Assembly: GCA_002049795.1 (NCBI GenBank)
Contig: MUKC01000009.1
Location: 6,721-70,720, forward strand
Source: Desulfobacca sp. 4484_104
GTDB taxonomy: Bacteria > Desulfobacterota > Desulfobaccia > Desulfobaccales > Desulfobaccaceae
DNA: 64,000 nt
Reading direction: 5' to 3'
Shown here: positions 1-9,608 of the stretch, in pieces
Layout: each line of letters begins with the position of its first letter
Position numbering within the stretch: position 1 is the stretch's first letter
Notes under the pieces: model-generated
What the model saw: the letters and a program-made list of their open reading frames with translations, nothing else
What the model was told of the DNA's origin: nothing
Databases searched by the model: none
Position numbers and translations under genes: made by a program

Positions 1-1062
1 CTTGGTATGGAAACAGCCGGTCAGATTTCCCAAGGCTGGCATGATACATTGCACGTCAACGATAATGGCCTCTACCGCGCCAGTGATTACCGCCAGTTCC
101 TGCTGGAGGAAATTACCGGCAAGGGGAATACCATGCCGCATCAGCACCTCATTGCCGGTGCAGCATAAACCAACCACATTGATTCCTTTAGCCCCGAGCT
201 TAGTGGCCAGCGCCAACATTTCCGCATCCCGGGAAGCGGCGACGATCATTTCCGAGAGGGTCGGTTCGTGGCCATGCACAATAATATTCACTTCGTCGGC
301 CTTGAGCACTCCGAGATTGGCCAGGGACCGGGTGGGTTTGGGAGTGCCAAACAGCACATCCGAGATCTCGGTAGCGATCATCGAACCACCCCAGCCATCA
401 GCGATCGCGGCCCTAAGTCCCTGCAAGATCAGATTAACCGGGTCGTTGTCTACCCCGATATGCGTGCGGTGCATGATTTCGACGATTTCGCGGTCGACGC
501 CGCGGGGGTCAATCCCCAATTTTTGCCATAAGCCGACCCGTTTCTGGGGAGCCCGGCGGCTGAATTGAATCGGACCTTCCTGTTTGCCGAATTCGGCATA
601 AACCGCCCGGGCTAGAGCCAGGGCGGTCTCCTCTTTGCTCCGTCCCTCAGTGGAAATGTTATATTCCGCGGCCAGGGCCTGAAGTTTTTGCTCGTCTCTA
701 ATCTCGTAGCCGCCGCCCTTGCCCTCCGCGGTCAAAAGCATGGTATGGGCCAGGTCGCGGCCATGATCGGAATGGGCGGCGGCGCCGGCGGCGATCATGC
801 GGATCAGATTGCGGGCCACAATGATATCGGCGGTCGCGCCGCAAACCCCGCGCTTGGGTCCGGCATCCTCGAAAGGACTGATGCGACACGGTCCCATGTT
901 GCAGTTGCGGCAACACACCCCCAATTCCCCGAAACCGCATTCCGGCAACATGGCCTCATAACGGTCCCAGGCGGTCTCCAACCCCAATTCTTCCGCCCGC
1001 GCCAGCATCTGATGCACACTAGGGTCAATGCTCCGCTTTAAAATTTTGTCGCTAACAGCCAT
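1..1062 (-). CDS. cooS: Anaerobic Ni,Fe carbon monoxide dehydrogenase catalytic subunit, N-terminal 354 codons (3' end lies beyond window start)
   Basis: Absent from the ORF track because it has no stop in the window. Own minus-strand translation from ATG 1062-1060, with GGAGGAGG just upstream: MAVSDKILKRSIDPSVHQMLARAEELGLETAWDRYEAMLPECGFGELGVCCRNCNMGPCRI...VHGHEPTLSEMIV. The Cys pattern is typical of CooS/AcsA. The frame stays open to base 1. Confidence 0.85.
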   Translation of the reverse strand, partial: MAVSDKILKRSIDPSVHQMLARAEELGLETAWDRYEAMLPECGFGELGVCCRNCNMGPCRISPFEDAGPKRGVCGATADIIVARNLIRMIAAGAAAHSDHGRDLAHTMLLTAEGKGGGYEIRDEQKLQALAAEYNISTEGRSKEETALALARAVYAEFGKQEGPIQFSRRAPQKRVGLWQKLGIDPRGVDREIVEIMHRTHIGVDNDPVNLILQGLRAAIADGWGGSMIATEISDVLFGTPKPTRSLANLGVLKADEVNIIVHGHEPTLSEMIVAASRDAEMLALATKLGAKGINVVGLCCTGNEVLMRHGIPLAGNFLQQELAVITGAVEAIIVDVQCIMPALGNLTGCFHTK

Positions 1063-1081
1063 GGTAGTCCTCCTCCTCAGT

Positions 1082-1627
1082 TTAGCTGCACAGTTGTGGC
1101 TGACTCGCAAGAGCCTCTAGAAATTGTCTGGCTGCGGCCTGGCTGGCCCGATCAGCTTCCTGTCGGGGATAGCGCAGACTAAGGGCCTTGGTGGGACAGG
1201 CCGCTACGCAGGCCGGGCCATCCGGCCGATCAACACAAAGATCGCACTTAAACGCAGCCCTTTTCTCCTGCCCGGCCACGGTGGTGGTGGCGACGTGGAT
1301 GGCCCCGAAGGGGCAGACCATCATACACAGGCGACAGCCAATGCAGCGGGCCTGATCGACCGCGGTATAAGTTTCGGTCCGATAGGTGGCACCGGTGGGA
1401 CAGACCCGGACACAGGGAGCATCCTGACACTGGCGGCATTGCACCGGCAGCTTTACTCCCTCAACCTGGACCACACGATTGCGGCGGTGCAACCGTTCCT
1501 GGGCCAGCACCGCGCCAATGATACTCCCAGCCTGGGTATGCGCTGCGGCACAGGCCAACTCACAGGTGTGGCAACCTACACAGCGCTGGGGATCAACCAA
1601 CAGAAATGGACCTTCAAACTGCTCCAT
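1082..1627 (-). CDS. cooF: CODH-associated 4Fe-4S ferredoxin-type iron-sulfur protein
   Basis: 181 aa with four ferredoxin-type Cys clusters (CVGCHTCELAC, CRQCQDAPCVRVCP, CIGCRLCMMVCP, CDLC..CVAACP). It ends 19 nt upstream of the cooS start. Confidence 0.8.
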   Translation of the reverse strand: MEQFEGPFLLVDPQRCVGCHTCELACAAAHTQAGSIIGAVLAQERLHRRNRVVQVEGVKLPVQCRQCQDAPCVRVCPTGATYRTETYTAVDQARCIGCRLCMMVCPFGAIHVATTTVAGQEKRAAFKCDLCVDRPDGPACVAACPTKALSLRYPRQEADRASQAAARQFLEALASQPQLCS

Positions 1628-1940
1628 GTTTTACCATCGCCAGTTTTAAATCAGCCTGGCTCCATGACCATCTATCAGGGGGAACTGAGGTCTAAACGTC
1701 TTTGCGAAAGATTTTAGGGATTCAGGCCAGTTCTTGCCCTTTAACCCCCCCCTGGAGTTGTCTATTAGTAATATTTTTCACATAAATAACTGCTCTGTCA
1801 AATAGAAAATTTTGCGCGCTTATTCTGGTCGCAAATATTGCTAAGAACTTCACATATATATATCTCGGACAGTTTTTAACCGATGTTTTAAACATAAATT
1901 ATTCCAGATAAATAAAGTAGATGGAACATAAAAATATTAG

Positions 1941-1969
1941 TTGACAAAAATCTTTTTTCTCTTTATAAG
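1941..1969 (+). promoter_or_regulatory. Candidate sigma70-type promoter for fhs
   Basis: TTGACA (1941-1946), 17-nt spacer, TATAAG (1964-1969), inside the AT-rich 548-nt divergent cooF/fhs spacer. It implies an fhs leader of about 200 nt. Confidence 0.4.
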
Positions 1970-2175
1970 TGGGAGCAATGTGAAAAAAATAATGAACAGC
2001 GTTTTGAACCATATTGGGGTTGAGCGGCGGGAAAAAGAGTGTAAGGCAGATTCACGGTGACGATATTTTGATCGCTGGGGCGATTTCCTAAGGTTTAGAT
2101 ATTTAAGTTGATCATATAAACAGGGAAACTATTAAGCTCATATTTTAATTAACCTAATCAAAGGAGGCAGTTCTT

Positions 2176-3960
2176 ATGGCGAAGTATGATCCGGTAAAAA
2201 TGAAAGATTGGCAGATTGCCGAAATTGCCGAAGCGGAGATGATTCCCTTTGACGAGATGTGCGAAAAGCTCGAAATTCCCAAAGAGGAGCGCATCCCCTA
2301 TGGCCAAAAAATCGGTCGCGTCGACTACCTGAAATGTCTGGAGCGCTTGAAAGACAAACCCGACGGCAAGTACATCGAAGTCACCGCCATTACTCCCACT
2401 CCCCTGGGGGAAGGCAAATCTACCACTTCCATGGGCCTGATCGAGGGCTTGGGAAAACGGGGCGTCAACGTCGGCGGCTGCATCCGCCAACCCTCCGGCG
2501 GCCCCACCATGAACATCAAGGGCACCGCGGCCGGCGGCGGCATCTCGCTCTTGATCCCCATGACCGAGTTCTCCTTGGGCCTTACTGGCGACATCAACAA
2601 CATCATGAACGCCCACAATCTGGCCATGGTGGCCGCCACTTCCCGGTTGCAGCACGAGTTCAACTACAGCGATGAGCAGTTGGCCAAGCGGAACCTGAAA
2701 CGTCTGGACATCAATCCCAAGAATTTCGAAATGGGCTGGATCATGGACTTCTGCGCCCAGGCCCTGCGCAATATCACCATCGGCCGGGGCGGCAAGATGG
2801 ACGGCTTCTTAATGGATTCCAGATTCGGTATCGCGGTGTCCTCGGAAGTCATGGCCATCCTGTCAGTCTTCACCTCTTTGCCTGACCTCAAAGAACGGCT
2901 AAACAACATCGTGGTGTGCTATGACCGGGCGGGTAACCCGATCACTACCCGTGACCTGGAAGTGGGCAATGCCATGACCGCCTGGATGGTACCCTCCATC
3001 AATCCGACCCTGTGCCAGACGGTGGAGAAGCAGCCCTGCTTCGTGCACGCCGGTCCCTTTGCCAATATTGCCGTAGGACAGTCCTCTATCGTCGCCGACC
3101 AGATCGGGCTGAAGCTCTTCGATTATCATATCACTGAGTCCGGCTTCGGCGCCGACATCGGCTTTGAGAAGTTCTGGAATGTCAAGTGCCGGTTCAGCGG
3201 CCTCACCCCCCATGTCTCGGTGCTCACCACCACCATCCGGGGCCTGAAGCATCATGGGGTCAACGCTGGCGCTCTGCCGTGTCCGCCAGGCAAACCGATT
3301 CCCAAAGAATACTTTGAAGCCACTCCTGCCAACTTCAAATGGCTGGAAGACGGGGCGGAAAACATGGTGCATCACATCCGCACCATTAAAAAATCCGGGA
3401 TCAAACCGGTGGTGTGCATCAATGCTTTCCATTACGATTCCGATGAAGAGCATGCGCTGGTCCGCCGGCTGGCCGAAGCGGAAGGTGCCTATGTGGCGGT
3501 GTCCAAACACTGGCAGTTCGGCGGCGAAGGGGCTTTGGAATTTGCCGACGCCGTTATGGACGCTTGCAAAGAAAAGCCTGATTTTAAATTCCTTTATCCC
3601 AACGACATGCCGCTCCGGAAGCGGGTCGAAACCATCGCTAAGGAAGTGTATGGCGCCGATGGGGTGGATTTCGCTCCCGAAGCCGAAGCCAAAGCCAAGA
3701 AGTTTGAAGCGGATCCCAAGTATAACGAATACGCCACCATGATGGTGAAGACGCACCTGAGTCTTACCCATGATCCGACCGTCAAGGGTACGCCTAAAGG
3801 CTGGAGACTGCCGGTGCGCGACTTCTTGATCTATGGCGGCGCCAAATTCATCTGCCCGGTCTGCGGCGCCATCAGCCTGATGCCTGGTACTGGCTCCGAC
3901 CCGGCCTTCCGGCGGGTGGATGTGGATACCAAAACCGGAAAGGTTATCGGCCTGTTCTAA
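2176..3960 (+). CDS. fhs: Formate--tetrahydrofolate ligase
   Basis: 594 aa. It has the [12 protein letters not shown] nucleotide-binding loop and a family-typical C terminus ([15 protein letters not shown]). GGAGG lies 8 nt upstream of the ATG. Confidence 0.95.
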   Translation: MAKYDPVKMKDWQIAEIAEAEMIPFDEMCEKLEIPKEERIPYGQKIGRVDYLKCLERLKDKPDGKYIEVTAITPTPLGEGKSTTSMGLIEGLGKRGVNVGGCIRQPSGGPTMNIKGTAAGGGISLLIPMTEFSLGLTGDINNIMNAHNLAMVAATSRLQHEFNYSDEQLAKRNLKRLDINPKNFEMGWIMDFCAQALRNITIGRGGKMDGFLMDSRFGIAVSSEVMAILSVFTSLPDLKERLNNIVVCYDRAGNPITTRDLEVGNAMTAWMVPSINPTLCQTVEKQPCFVHAGPFANIAVGQSSIVADQIGLKLFDYHITESGFGADIGFEKFWNVKCRFSGLTPHVSVLTTTIRGLKHHGVNAGALPCPPGKPIPKEYFEATPANFKWLEDGAENMVHHIRTIKKSGIKPVVCINAFHYDSDEEHALVRRLAEAEGAYVAVSKHWQFGGEGALEFADAVMDACKEKPDFKFLYPNDMPLRKRVETIAKEVYGADGVDFAPEAEAKAKKFEADPKYNEYATMMVKTHLSLTHDPTVKGTPKGWRLPVRDFLIYGGAKFICPVCGAISLMPGTGSDPAFRRVDVDTKTGKVIGLF

Positions 3961-3975
3961 CTGCCAATTGATAAT

Positions 3976-3999
3976 CTCCAGGCCCGCCAGGGCCTGGAG
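3976..3999 (+). terminator. Intrinsic terminator-like hairpin after fhs
   Basis: Perfect 10-bp stem CTCCAGGCCC/GGGCCTGGAG with a GCCA loop, followed by CACTTTTATG. It starts 16 nt after the fhs stop. Confidence 0.5.
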
Positions 4000-4076
4000 C
4001 ACTTTTATGTAAACACAAGAATCAACTTGTTATTTTCACTTATTTATCAGGATAAACTAGACTTACCCTTAGAGTG

Positions 4077-4096
4077 CCGGGGACTTCGGTCCCCGG
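4077..4096 (+). other. Very stable GC-rich stem-loop with a UUCG tetraloop, function unknown
   Basis: CCGGGGAC-TTCG-GTCCCCGG, 8 Watson-Crick pairs. It lies in the 460-nt fhs-nfnA spacer. Confidence 0.5.
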
Positions 4097-4365
4097 TGTA
4101 CATTTCCCAGGGAAACCGGTTAGGCCAGCTCGGCCCGCGGCGGGCTACCAGAGATTACTTGCCTGGTTTAGATCTGCACCCAAGAAATGCCCCGGGGTTT
4201 CTTTATTTAGCTAATTTCCCTCCGAAAAGCTTATATTCTTCCTCGACTTTTATGAGGTGAGGGCCTTACTGCTTTCCGGATAGAAACTAGCTAAATAATC
4301 CGAGCTCAACAGGGTATAAGTGAGCCGAGCCAAATTAAGGAGTTGGTAACCACTGGGCAGTTGTC

Positions 4366-4400
4366 ACTAACAACTAAAACTAACAACCAAGATCCAAGAT
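4366..4400 (+). repeat. A/C-rich heptad-phased tract in the nfnA leader
   Basis: actaaca|actaaaa|ctaacaa|ccaagat|ccaagat, ending 14 nt before the GAAGGAGG ribosome-binding site of nfnA. Confidence 0.5.
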
Positions 4401-4430
4401 ATTTAGACCTCGAGAAGGAGGATGGTATTT

Positions 4431-5258
4431 ATGTTTGAGATAGTTGCCCGAGAAGAAATGGCCGAGGGCACCGTAGTCAGTAACTGGATCCGCGCCCCCA
4501 AAATTGCCCAAAAAGCCAGACCGGGACAGTTCGTGATCCTACGGGCCAATGACACTGGCGAACGTATCCCCCTGACCATGGCGGATACTGACCCAGATAA
4601 GGGTCTGATCAACATCATCTATCAGGTGGTCGGCAAGAGTACTGCCCTCTTTAAAACCCTTCAGGTCGGACAGGGCTTTCAGGATGTCATCGGTCCTTTG
4701 GGGCAGCCCACCCATGTTGAAAAGGTCGGCAAAGTGGTCTGCGTCGGCGGCGGCACCGGAGTGGCGGTGCTGCACCCCATTACCCGGGGTTTAAAACAGG
4801 CCGGCAATCATGTTTTTGCGGTGATCGGGGCCCGCAATAAAGACCTGCTGATCCTGGAAGACCGCATGCGGGATGCCTCCCATGAACTGTTTGTCTGTAC
4901 TGATGACGGCTCTTATGGACATCATGGCTTCGTCACCGATATGCTCAAAAAAATTCTGGATGAGAATAAAGACGTGGGCCTGGCGGTCTGTATCGGACCG
5001 GTGCCGATGATGAAATTCTGCTGCAAGATGACCAAAGAGTACAATGTCAAAACCCTGGTCAGCCTTAATCCGATCATGGTGGATGGCACCGGAATGTGTG
5101 GTTGCTGCCGGGTCACGGTGGGCGGCGAACGCAAGTTTGCGTGCGTCGACGGCCCCGAATTTGACGGCCACCAGGTGGATTTTGAGGAGCTCACGGCACG
5201 ACTGCAATCTTATCTGGAACAGGAAAAGCAGTCCTACGATATTTTTAAAGCCAAATAA
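4431..5258 (+). CDS. nfnA: NADH-dependent reduced ferredoxin:NADP oxidoreductase small subunit (sulfide dehydrogenase beta / FNR-like)
   Basis: It has an FAD/NAD-binding fold (GGGTGVAVLHP) and a C-terminal 2Fe-2S Cys cluster (DGTGMCGCCRV..FACVDGP). The track start at 4422 directly abuts AGGAGG, so the ATG at 4431 (9-nt spacing) is preferred. Confidence 0.8.
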   Translation: MFEIVAREEMAEGTVVSNWIRAPKIAQKARPGQFVILRANDTGERIPLTMADTDPDKGLINIIYQVVGKSTALFKTLQVGQGFQDVIGPLGQPTHVEKVGKVVCVGGGTGVAVLHPITRGLKQAGNHVFAVIGARNKDLLILEDRMRDASHELFVCTDDGSYGHHGFVTDMLKKILDENKDVGLAVCIGPVPMMKFCCKMTKEYNVKTLVSLNPIMVDGTGMCGCCRVTVGGERKFACVDGPEFDGHQVDFEELTARLQSYLEQEKQSYDIFKAK

Positions 5259-5331
5259 GGTTACAGCCACCGCACTGATGGGTATCAGTTTCGAGGGACC
5301 CAGAATCGCCAACGATAGATAAAATCTCTGG

Positions 5332-5359
5332 ACTGAAACTCGAAACTTAGAACTCCAAA
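5332..5359 (+). repeat. Heptad-phased tract in the nfnB leader
   Basis: actgaaa|ctcgaaa|cttagaa|ctccaaa. CTCGAAACT (5339-5347) is the reverse complement of AGTTTCGAG (5287-5295). It shares the 12-mer AAACTCGAAACT with the 49862-49896 tract. Confidence 0.5.
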
Positions 5360-5389
5360 CATGTAGAATTCCCAGGGAGGATAATCATA

Positions 5390-6814
5390 ATGGCGGAAGA
5401 AGAAAAACCCCAAAAGGAAAAAAAAGAGAAAATTCCCCGGCAAAAGATGCCGGAACAGGATCCCCAAGTCCGCCGGCGGAATTTTGATGAGGTTCCCTTA
5501 GGACTTAGCCCGGAGCTGGCCCAACTGGAGGCCAGTCGCTGTCTCCAATGCAAGGACCCCCGCTGCGTCAAAGGCTGCCCGGTGGAAGTCGATATTCCCG
5601 GGTTTATCAAATTAGTGGCTGACGGTGATTATGTCGGCGCGATTCGCAAGATCTGGGAAAAGAATGCCCTGCCTGCGGTCTGTGGCCGGGTCTGTCCTCA
5701 GGAAATCCAATGCGAGGGCATGTGCATTCTGGGCAAAAAAGGTGAGTCCGTGGGGATTGGCAACCTGGAAAGGTTTGCCGCGGATTACCAGCGCCTCTAC
5801 GGTAAACCGGTGCTGCCCCCCAAGGCGGACCCCACCGGTAAGAAAGTGGCCGTGGTGGGCGCCGGTCCCTCGGGGCTGACCGTGGCCGGCGACCTGATCC
5901 TCAAAGGCCATGACGTGACGGTCTATGAGGCCCTCCATGCTCCTGGTGGAGTGCTGGTGTACGGAATTCCTGAGTTCCGGCTGCCCAAAGAGATCGTCGC
6001 CTCAGAATGTAATTACCTGGAACGCCTGGGTGTCAAAATTATTACCAACGCGGTTATTGGCCGGATTGAAACCGTCGACGAACTGTTTGAGCAGGGTTTT
6101 GACGCGGTCTTCCTGGGGGTAGGGGCTGGGTTGCCGATGTTCCTCAATGTCCCGGGCGAAAACCTGATCGGCATCTATTCCGCCAACGAGTATCTCACCC
6201 GGGCCAACCTGATGAAGGCCTATGCCTTCCCGGAATATGATACGCCCATCGTGGTGGGGAAAAATGTGGTGGTCTTTGGGGCCGGAAACGTGGCGATGGA
6301 CTCGGCCCGGGTGGCCATGCGTTTAGGCGCCGATCGGGTGCGGATTGTCTATCGCCGCTCCAGGGCCGAGATGCCGGCCCGGGAAGCCGAGATTCATCAC
6401 GCCGAGGAGGAGGGCATCGAGTTCTTCCTGCTCACCGCGCCGACCAAATTCATCGGCGATGATAAAGGCCGGGTTACCGGGGTGGAATGCCTCAAGATGG
6501 AATTAGGAGAACCGGATGCCTCGGGCCGCCGTCGTCCCGTGCCGATTCCAGGGTCGGAATTTCAGCTGGAGTGTGACCTGGCAGTGATTTCGGTCGGGGC
6601 CGGTGCCAATCCGCTGCTGACCAAGACCACCCCAGGGCTGGCCCTCAATAAATGGGGCTATATCGTCGCTGATCCTAAGACCGGCAAAACCACCAAAAAG
6701 GCGGTTTGGGCCGGAGGCGATATCGTTACGGGTTCGGCTACGGTCATCCTGGCCATGGGTGCCGGACGCATCGCCGCCAACTCCATCCATGACTATCTAA
6801 CCATGGGTTGGTAA
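5390..6814 (+). CDS. nfnB: NfnB / glutamate-synthase-small-chain-like NADPH oxidoreductase (sulfide dehydrogenase alpha)
   Basis: 474 aa. N-terminal 4Fe-4S Cys motifs (CLQCKDPRCVKGCP; CGRVCPQEIQCEGMC) are followed by GAGPSGL and GAGNVAMD dinucleotide-binding motifs. Confidence 0.8.
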   Translation: MAEEEKPQKEKKEKIPRQKMPEQDPQVRRRNFDEVPLGLSPELAQLEASRCLQCKDPRCVKGCPVEVDIPGFIKLVADGDYVGAIRKIWEKNALPAVCGRVCPQEIQCEGMCILGKKGESVGIGNLERFAADYQRLYGKPVLPPKADPTGKKVAVVGAGPSGLTVAGDLILKGHDVTVYEALHAPGGVLVYGIPEFRLPKEIVASECNYLERLGVKIITNAVIGRIETVDELFEQGFDAVFLGVGAGLPMFLNVPGENLIGIYSANEYLTRANLMKAYAFPEYDTPIVVGKNVVVFGAGNVAMDSARVAMRLGADRVRIVYRRSRAEMPAREAEIHHAEEEGIEFFLLTAPTKFIGDDKGRVTGVECLKMELGEPDASGRRRPVPIPGSEFQLECDLAVISVGAGANPLLTKTTPGLALNKWGYIVADPKTGKTTKKAVWAGGDIVTGSATVILAMGAGRIAANSIHDYLTMGW

Positions 6815-6822
6815 GAATATTA

Positions 6823-6866
6823 AGGAGAGGCCAGACCGTCATTGTCGGGCTTTCCTGGCCTCTCCT
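6823..6866 (+). terminator. Hairpin after nfnB (no U-tract)
   Basis: AGGAGAGGCCAG (6823-6834) and CTGGCCTCTCCT (6855-6866) form a 12-bp inverted repeat with a 20-nt loop. Confidence 0.3.
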
Positions 6867-7070
6867 GGTCGGTCAAACATCTTAACCTCGCCCATCCGTT
6901 CCGGCCAGCAACTCCAGCTCTGCCCTTAACTGACAAATCGTTCTGACCGCCGTTATTAAGCTGCTGGTTCCCTCAGCGTCGATATCGGTGCCTTATCGGC
7001 CTTGCCAAGACTCGCTACCTGTGGTAAAAGAAATTAAGTTAAATTCGAAAATTATCTAACAGCCAAGAGC

Positions 7071-7676
7071 ATGGCCCGCCGAACTATCGTCGATCATTAC
7101 GCCCGCCAGGCCCGTCACCAACATTATGTGTCGCGGGCGGTCTATAAGCTCAAGGCCATTGATGAGAAATATCAGCTTTTCGGTCCGGGCCAGCAAATCC
7201 TCGATCTGGGCTGCAGCCCAGGTTCCTGGCTGCAATACCTGGGGCCGCGGGTGGGGCCGACCGGCCTGGTGGTAGGCATTGATCGCCAGCCCCTGGCAAT
7301 CAATATTGCGCCGCCGCTTTATTTTGTTCCAGGCGACCTGGAAGACCTGGACTTGAAGCAGGTCAAGTCCATCAGCCCGAATTTTGATGCGGTGTTGAGC
7401 GACATGGCCCCGGCCACCAGCGGTATCCGGGACGTGGACCATCAGCGCTCTATGCATCTGGCCAGCCTGGCCTGGCGGTGGGCGCAAGAATTACTGCGGC
7501 CGGGAGGGCATTTTCTGGTCAAGGTCTTTGAAGGCCCGGATTTTCCGGAGTTGGTTAAAGAGGTGCGGCCCCAGTTCAGCCGCACCCATATCGTCAAACC
7601 CGCTGCCTCCCGCTCCGAAAGCCGGGAGATTTACCTGTTGGGTTGGCGTCGGCAGACCGGCACACTTTCTATATGA
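7071..7676 (+). CDS. rlmE: 23S rRNA (uridine2552-2'-O)-methyltransferase
   Basis: 201 aa. It has the FtsJ/RlmE N terminus RSRAVYKL.ID and the SAM motif ILDLGCSPGSW. Confidence 0.9.
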   Translation: MARRTIVDHYARQARHQHYVSRAVYKLKAIDEKYQLFGPGQQILDLGCSPGSWLQYLGPRVGPTGLVVGIDRQPLAINIAPPLYFVPGDLEDLDLKQVKSISPNFDAVLSDMAPATSGIRDVDHQRSMHLASLAWRWAQELLRPGGHFLVKVFEGPDFPELVKEVRPQFSRTHIVKPAASRSESREIYLLGWRRQTGTLSI

Positions 7677-7916
7677 CAGCTGAACAGAAAAGTAAGAGAA
7701 TTTAAGTCATTATCGAAACAGGCGGATAGCCAGGATTCTGAATCTCTGGTTTCGTTCTGGAAAAGGGATCCGGAGGTGAACAATTCGCCCCAGGAATTGG
7801 AATTAATTAGCCGCCAAGGGGCTGTGCAGAACCTCCTGCAAAGGTCTTCTGGGGGAAAGCGATTTACTAGTATCGAGACAGTCAAAATATTGGCTGAATA
7901 TAGCAATAGTTTCTAG

Positions 7917-8291
7917 ATGACAGAATCCTTTCCGGCTAATTCTCGCGCAGCGATTTTGGGGTTTCATTTTGCCGATCGCCTCAAGGCAGGGTTCATCCTG
8001 GCTTCCCAGCTTCTGGAGGTGGCAATCCACCTGCCGGAACCGGAGGCCGCGGGGGCCCGCCAGCTTTATCAGGTTTATCTGCGCGCCTTGGAGCAAGAGA
8101 TGTCCTTATGCCAGTCGGTGATTAAGGACCCTGAACTATTACGGGTCCAAACCGTCCTCAGTGGTCTGGCCGGGAGGGTGGCGGACGGGCAACTAAAGGA
8201 CGTCCAAGCCTATCTGACCTGGATGATTACCATTATCACCACCTATGCCCAACGGTCCATGGCCTACCTGCAACAGCAACAGCTCCTGTAA
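7917..8291 (+). CDS. Hypothetical helical protein
   Basis: 124-aa ORF on the same strand as its neighbours. No motif recognised. Confidence 0.35.
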   Translation: MTESFPANSRAAILGFHFADRLKAGFILASQLLEVAIHLPEPEAAGARQLYQVYLRALEQEMSLCQSVIKDPELLRVQTVLSGLAGRVADGQLKDVQAYLTWMITIITTYAQRSMAYLQQQQLL

Positions 8292-8358
8292 TAGGGGCAG
8301 GTCCTTAAAAGAACTAATGATTATTGTCAAAATCCATTGAAAGGAGGGCAGCGGCGAG

Positions 8359-9108
8359 ATGTCAGGACATTCGAAGTGGAGCACGATCAAACGGAAGAAG
8401 GGCGCCCAAGACGCCAAGCGGGGGAAGATCTTTAGCAAACTTATCAAGGAAATTACTGTGGCGGCCCGTTTAGGGGGTGGCGATCCGGGCGGCAACCCCC
8501 GGTTGCGGGCTGCGGTAGAGGCCGCCAAGGCCGAGAACATGCCCAAAGATAATATCGATCGGGCCATCAAGAAAGGCACCGGCGAACTGGAGGGCAGTGC
8601 CTACGAGGAGGTTATCTATGAAGGCTACGGGCCGGCCGGGGTGGCCCTGTTAGTCGAAAGTTTAACCGATAATAAGAACCGCACGGTTTCCGATGTCCGT
8701 TATCTGCTCAGTAAATATGGAGGGAGCATGGGCGAGGCCGGATGCGTGGCCTGGATGTTTGATAAAAAAGGGGTCATCGTCTTTGATAAGGCTGCGGTGG
8801 ACGAAGACGAACTGCTGGAGGCGGCCCTGGAGGCCGGGGCCGATGATCTTGTGGTCGGCGAAAGCGAATTCGAGGTGCTTACCGAGGCCACCAATTTCGA
8901 GGCGGTCAGAAAGGCCCTGGAAGATAAAGGATTTACATATGTGCTGGCCGAAGTCCAGATGCATCCCAAAAGCACAGTGCGCATCGAAGAGCAAAAAGCC
9001 GCCGAGCAGGTGTTAAAGCTCCTGGAAATGCTGGAAGATCACGACGACGTGCAACACGTCTTTGCTAATTTTGATATTCCGGACCAAATCATCGAGGCCT
9101 TGGAGTGA
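8359..9108 (+). CDS. yebC: YebC/PmpR family DNA-binding transcriptional regulator
   Basis: [28 protein letters not shown]... is the hallmark N terminus. AGGAGGG lies upstream. Confidence 0.9.
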   Translation: MSGHSKWSTIKRKKGAQDAKRGKIFSKLIKEITVAARLGGGDPGGNPRLRAAVEAAKAENMPKDNIDRAIKKGTGELEGSAYEEVIYEGYGPAGVALLVESLTDNKNRTVSDVRYLLSKYGGSMGEAGCVAWMFDKKGVIVFDKAAVDEDELLEAALEAGADDLVVGESEFEVLTEATNFEAVRKALEDKGFTYVLAEVQMHPKSTVRIEEQKAAEQVLKLLEMLEDHDDVQHVFANFDIPDQIIEALE

Positions 9109-9608
9109 GTCTGATCGTGCTGGGAGTTGATCCGGGCTCTAGGGTTACCGGTTACGGTCTGGTCGGCGAGCGCCAAGAATGTTTATATCATCTAGACAGC
9201 GGCCAGATCAATTTACCGGGTCGCCTGCCGCAGAGTCAGCGTTTGCTGCGGATCTATCAGCGACTGACGGAATTGCTGGAGCTGCAGCCGCCCGGAGCGC
9301 TGGCCGTGGAAGAGGTGTTTTTGGCCCGTAATGTGCAAAGCGCCCTGAAGCTGGGGCAGGTGCGGGGGGTGGTAATGTTGGCGGCGGCGCAGGCCGGGGT
9401 GCCGGTCTTTGAATATTCGCCGCTGGTGCTTAAAAAGGCGGTGGTGGGCTACGGCCAGGCCAGCAAGGACCAGGTCAAGATGATGGTAGAGCAACTTTTA
9501 GGGCAGACGGTGACCAACCATAACGCTGCCGACGCCCTGGCCTTGAGCATCTGCCATCTGTTTCATGACCGGCAACAGCGCCTCATCAGCGATCAGAGTC
9601 CGGTATGA
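9105..9608 (+). CDS. ruvC: Crossover junction endodeoxyribonuclease RuvC
   Basis: It begins [15 protein letters not shown]. There is a 4-nt overlap with yebC. Confidence 0.9.
   Translation: MSLIVLGVDPGSRVTGYGLVGERQECLYHLDSGQINLPGRLPQSQRLLRIYQRLTELLELQPPGALAVEEVFLARNVQSALKLGQVRGVVMLAAAQAGVPVFEYSPLVLKKAVVGYGQASKDQVKMMVEQLLGQTVTNHNAADALALSICHLFHDRQQRLISDQSPV

Noticed and set aside
2-1041. Track ORFs 2-568 (+), 268-531 (+), 688-1041 (+) and small minus-strand ORFs in the first kilobase
   Set aside because: Their translations are low-complexity and Arg/Pro/Ser-rich. The minus-strand frame ending at ATG 1062 gives an unmistakable CooS N terminus covering the whole region.
1970-2175. ZTP (pfl) or THF riboswitch in the fhs leader
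   Set aside because: Folate and C1 genes often carry these, so I looked for the conserved cores (for example the CCGCCUGGGC-type 3' element). I found only weak resemblance (GCUGGGGC) and could not build the expected helices by eye. The leader is left as an unassigned leader.
2158-4002. Long antisense ORFs inside fhs (for example 2899-4002 minus, 367 aa; 2158-2655 minus)
   Set aside because: These are typical shadow ORFs of a GC-rich gene, with a Gly/Arg/His-rich composition and no motifs. The fhs call on the plus strand is unambiguous. The same reasoning applies to antisense ORFs inside alaS (22144-22962), mutS, ACD, dxs, kef and the cysM-cysS fusion.
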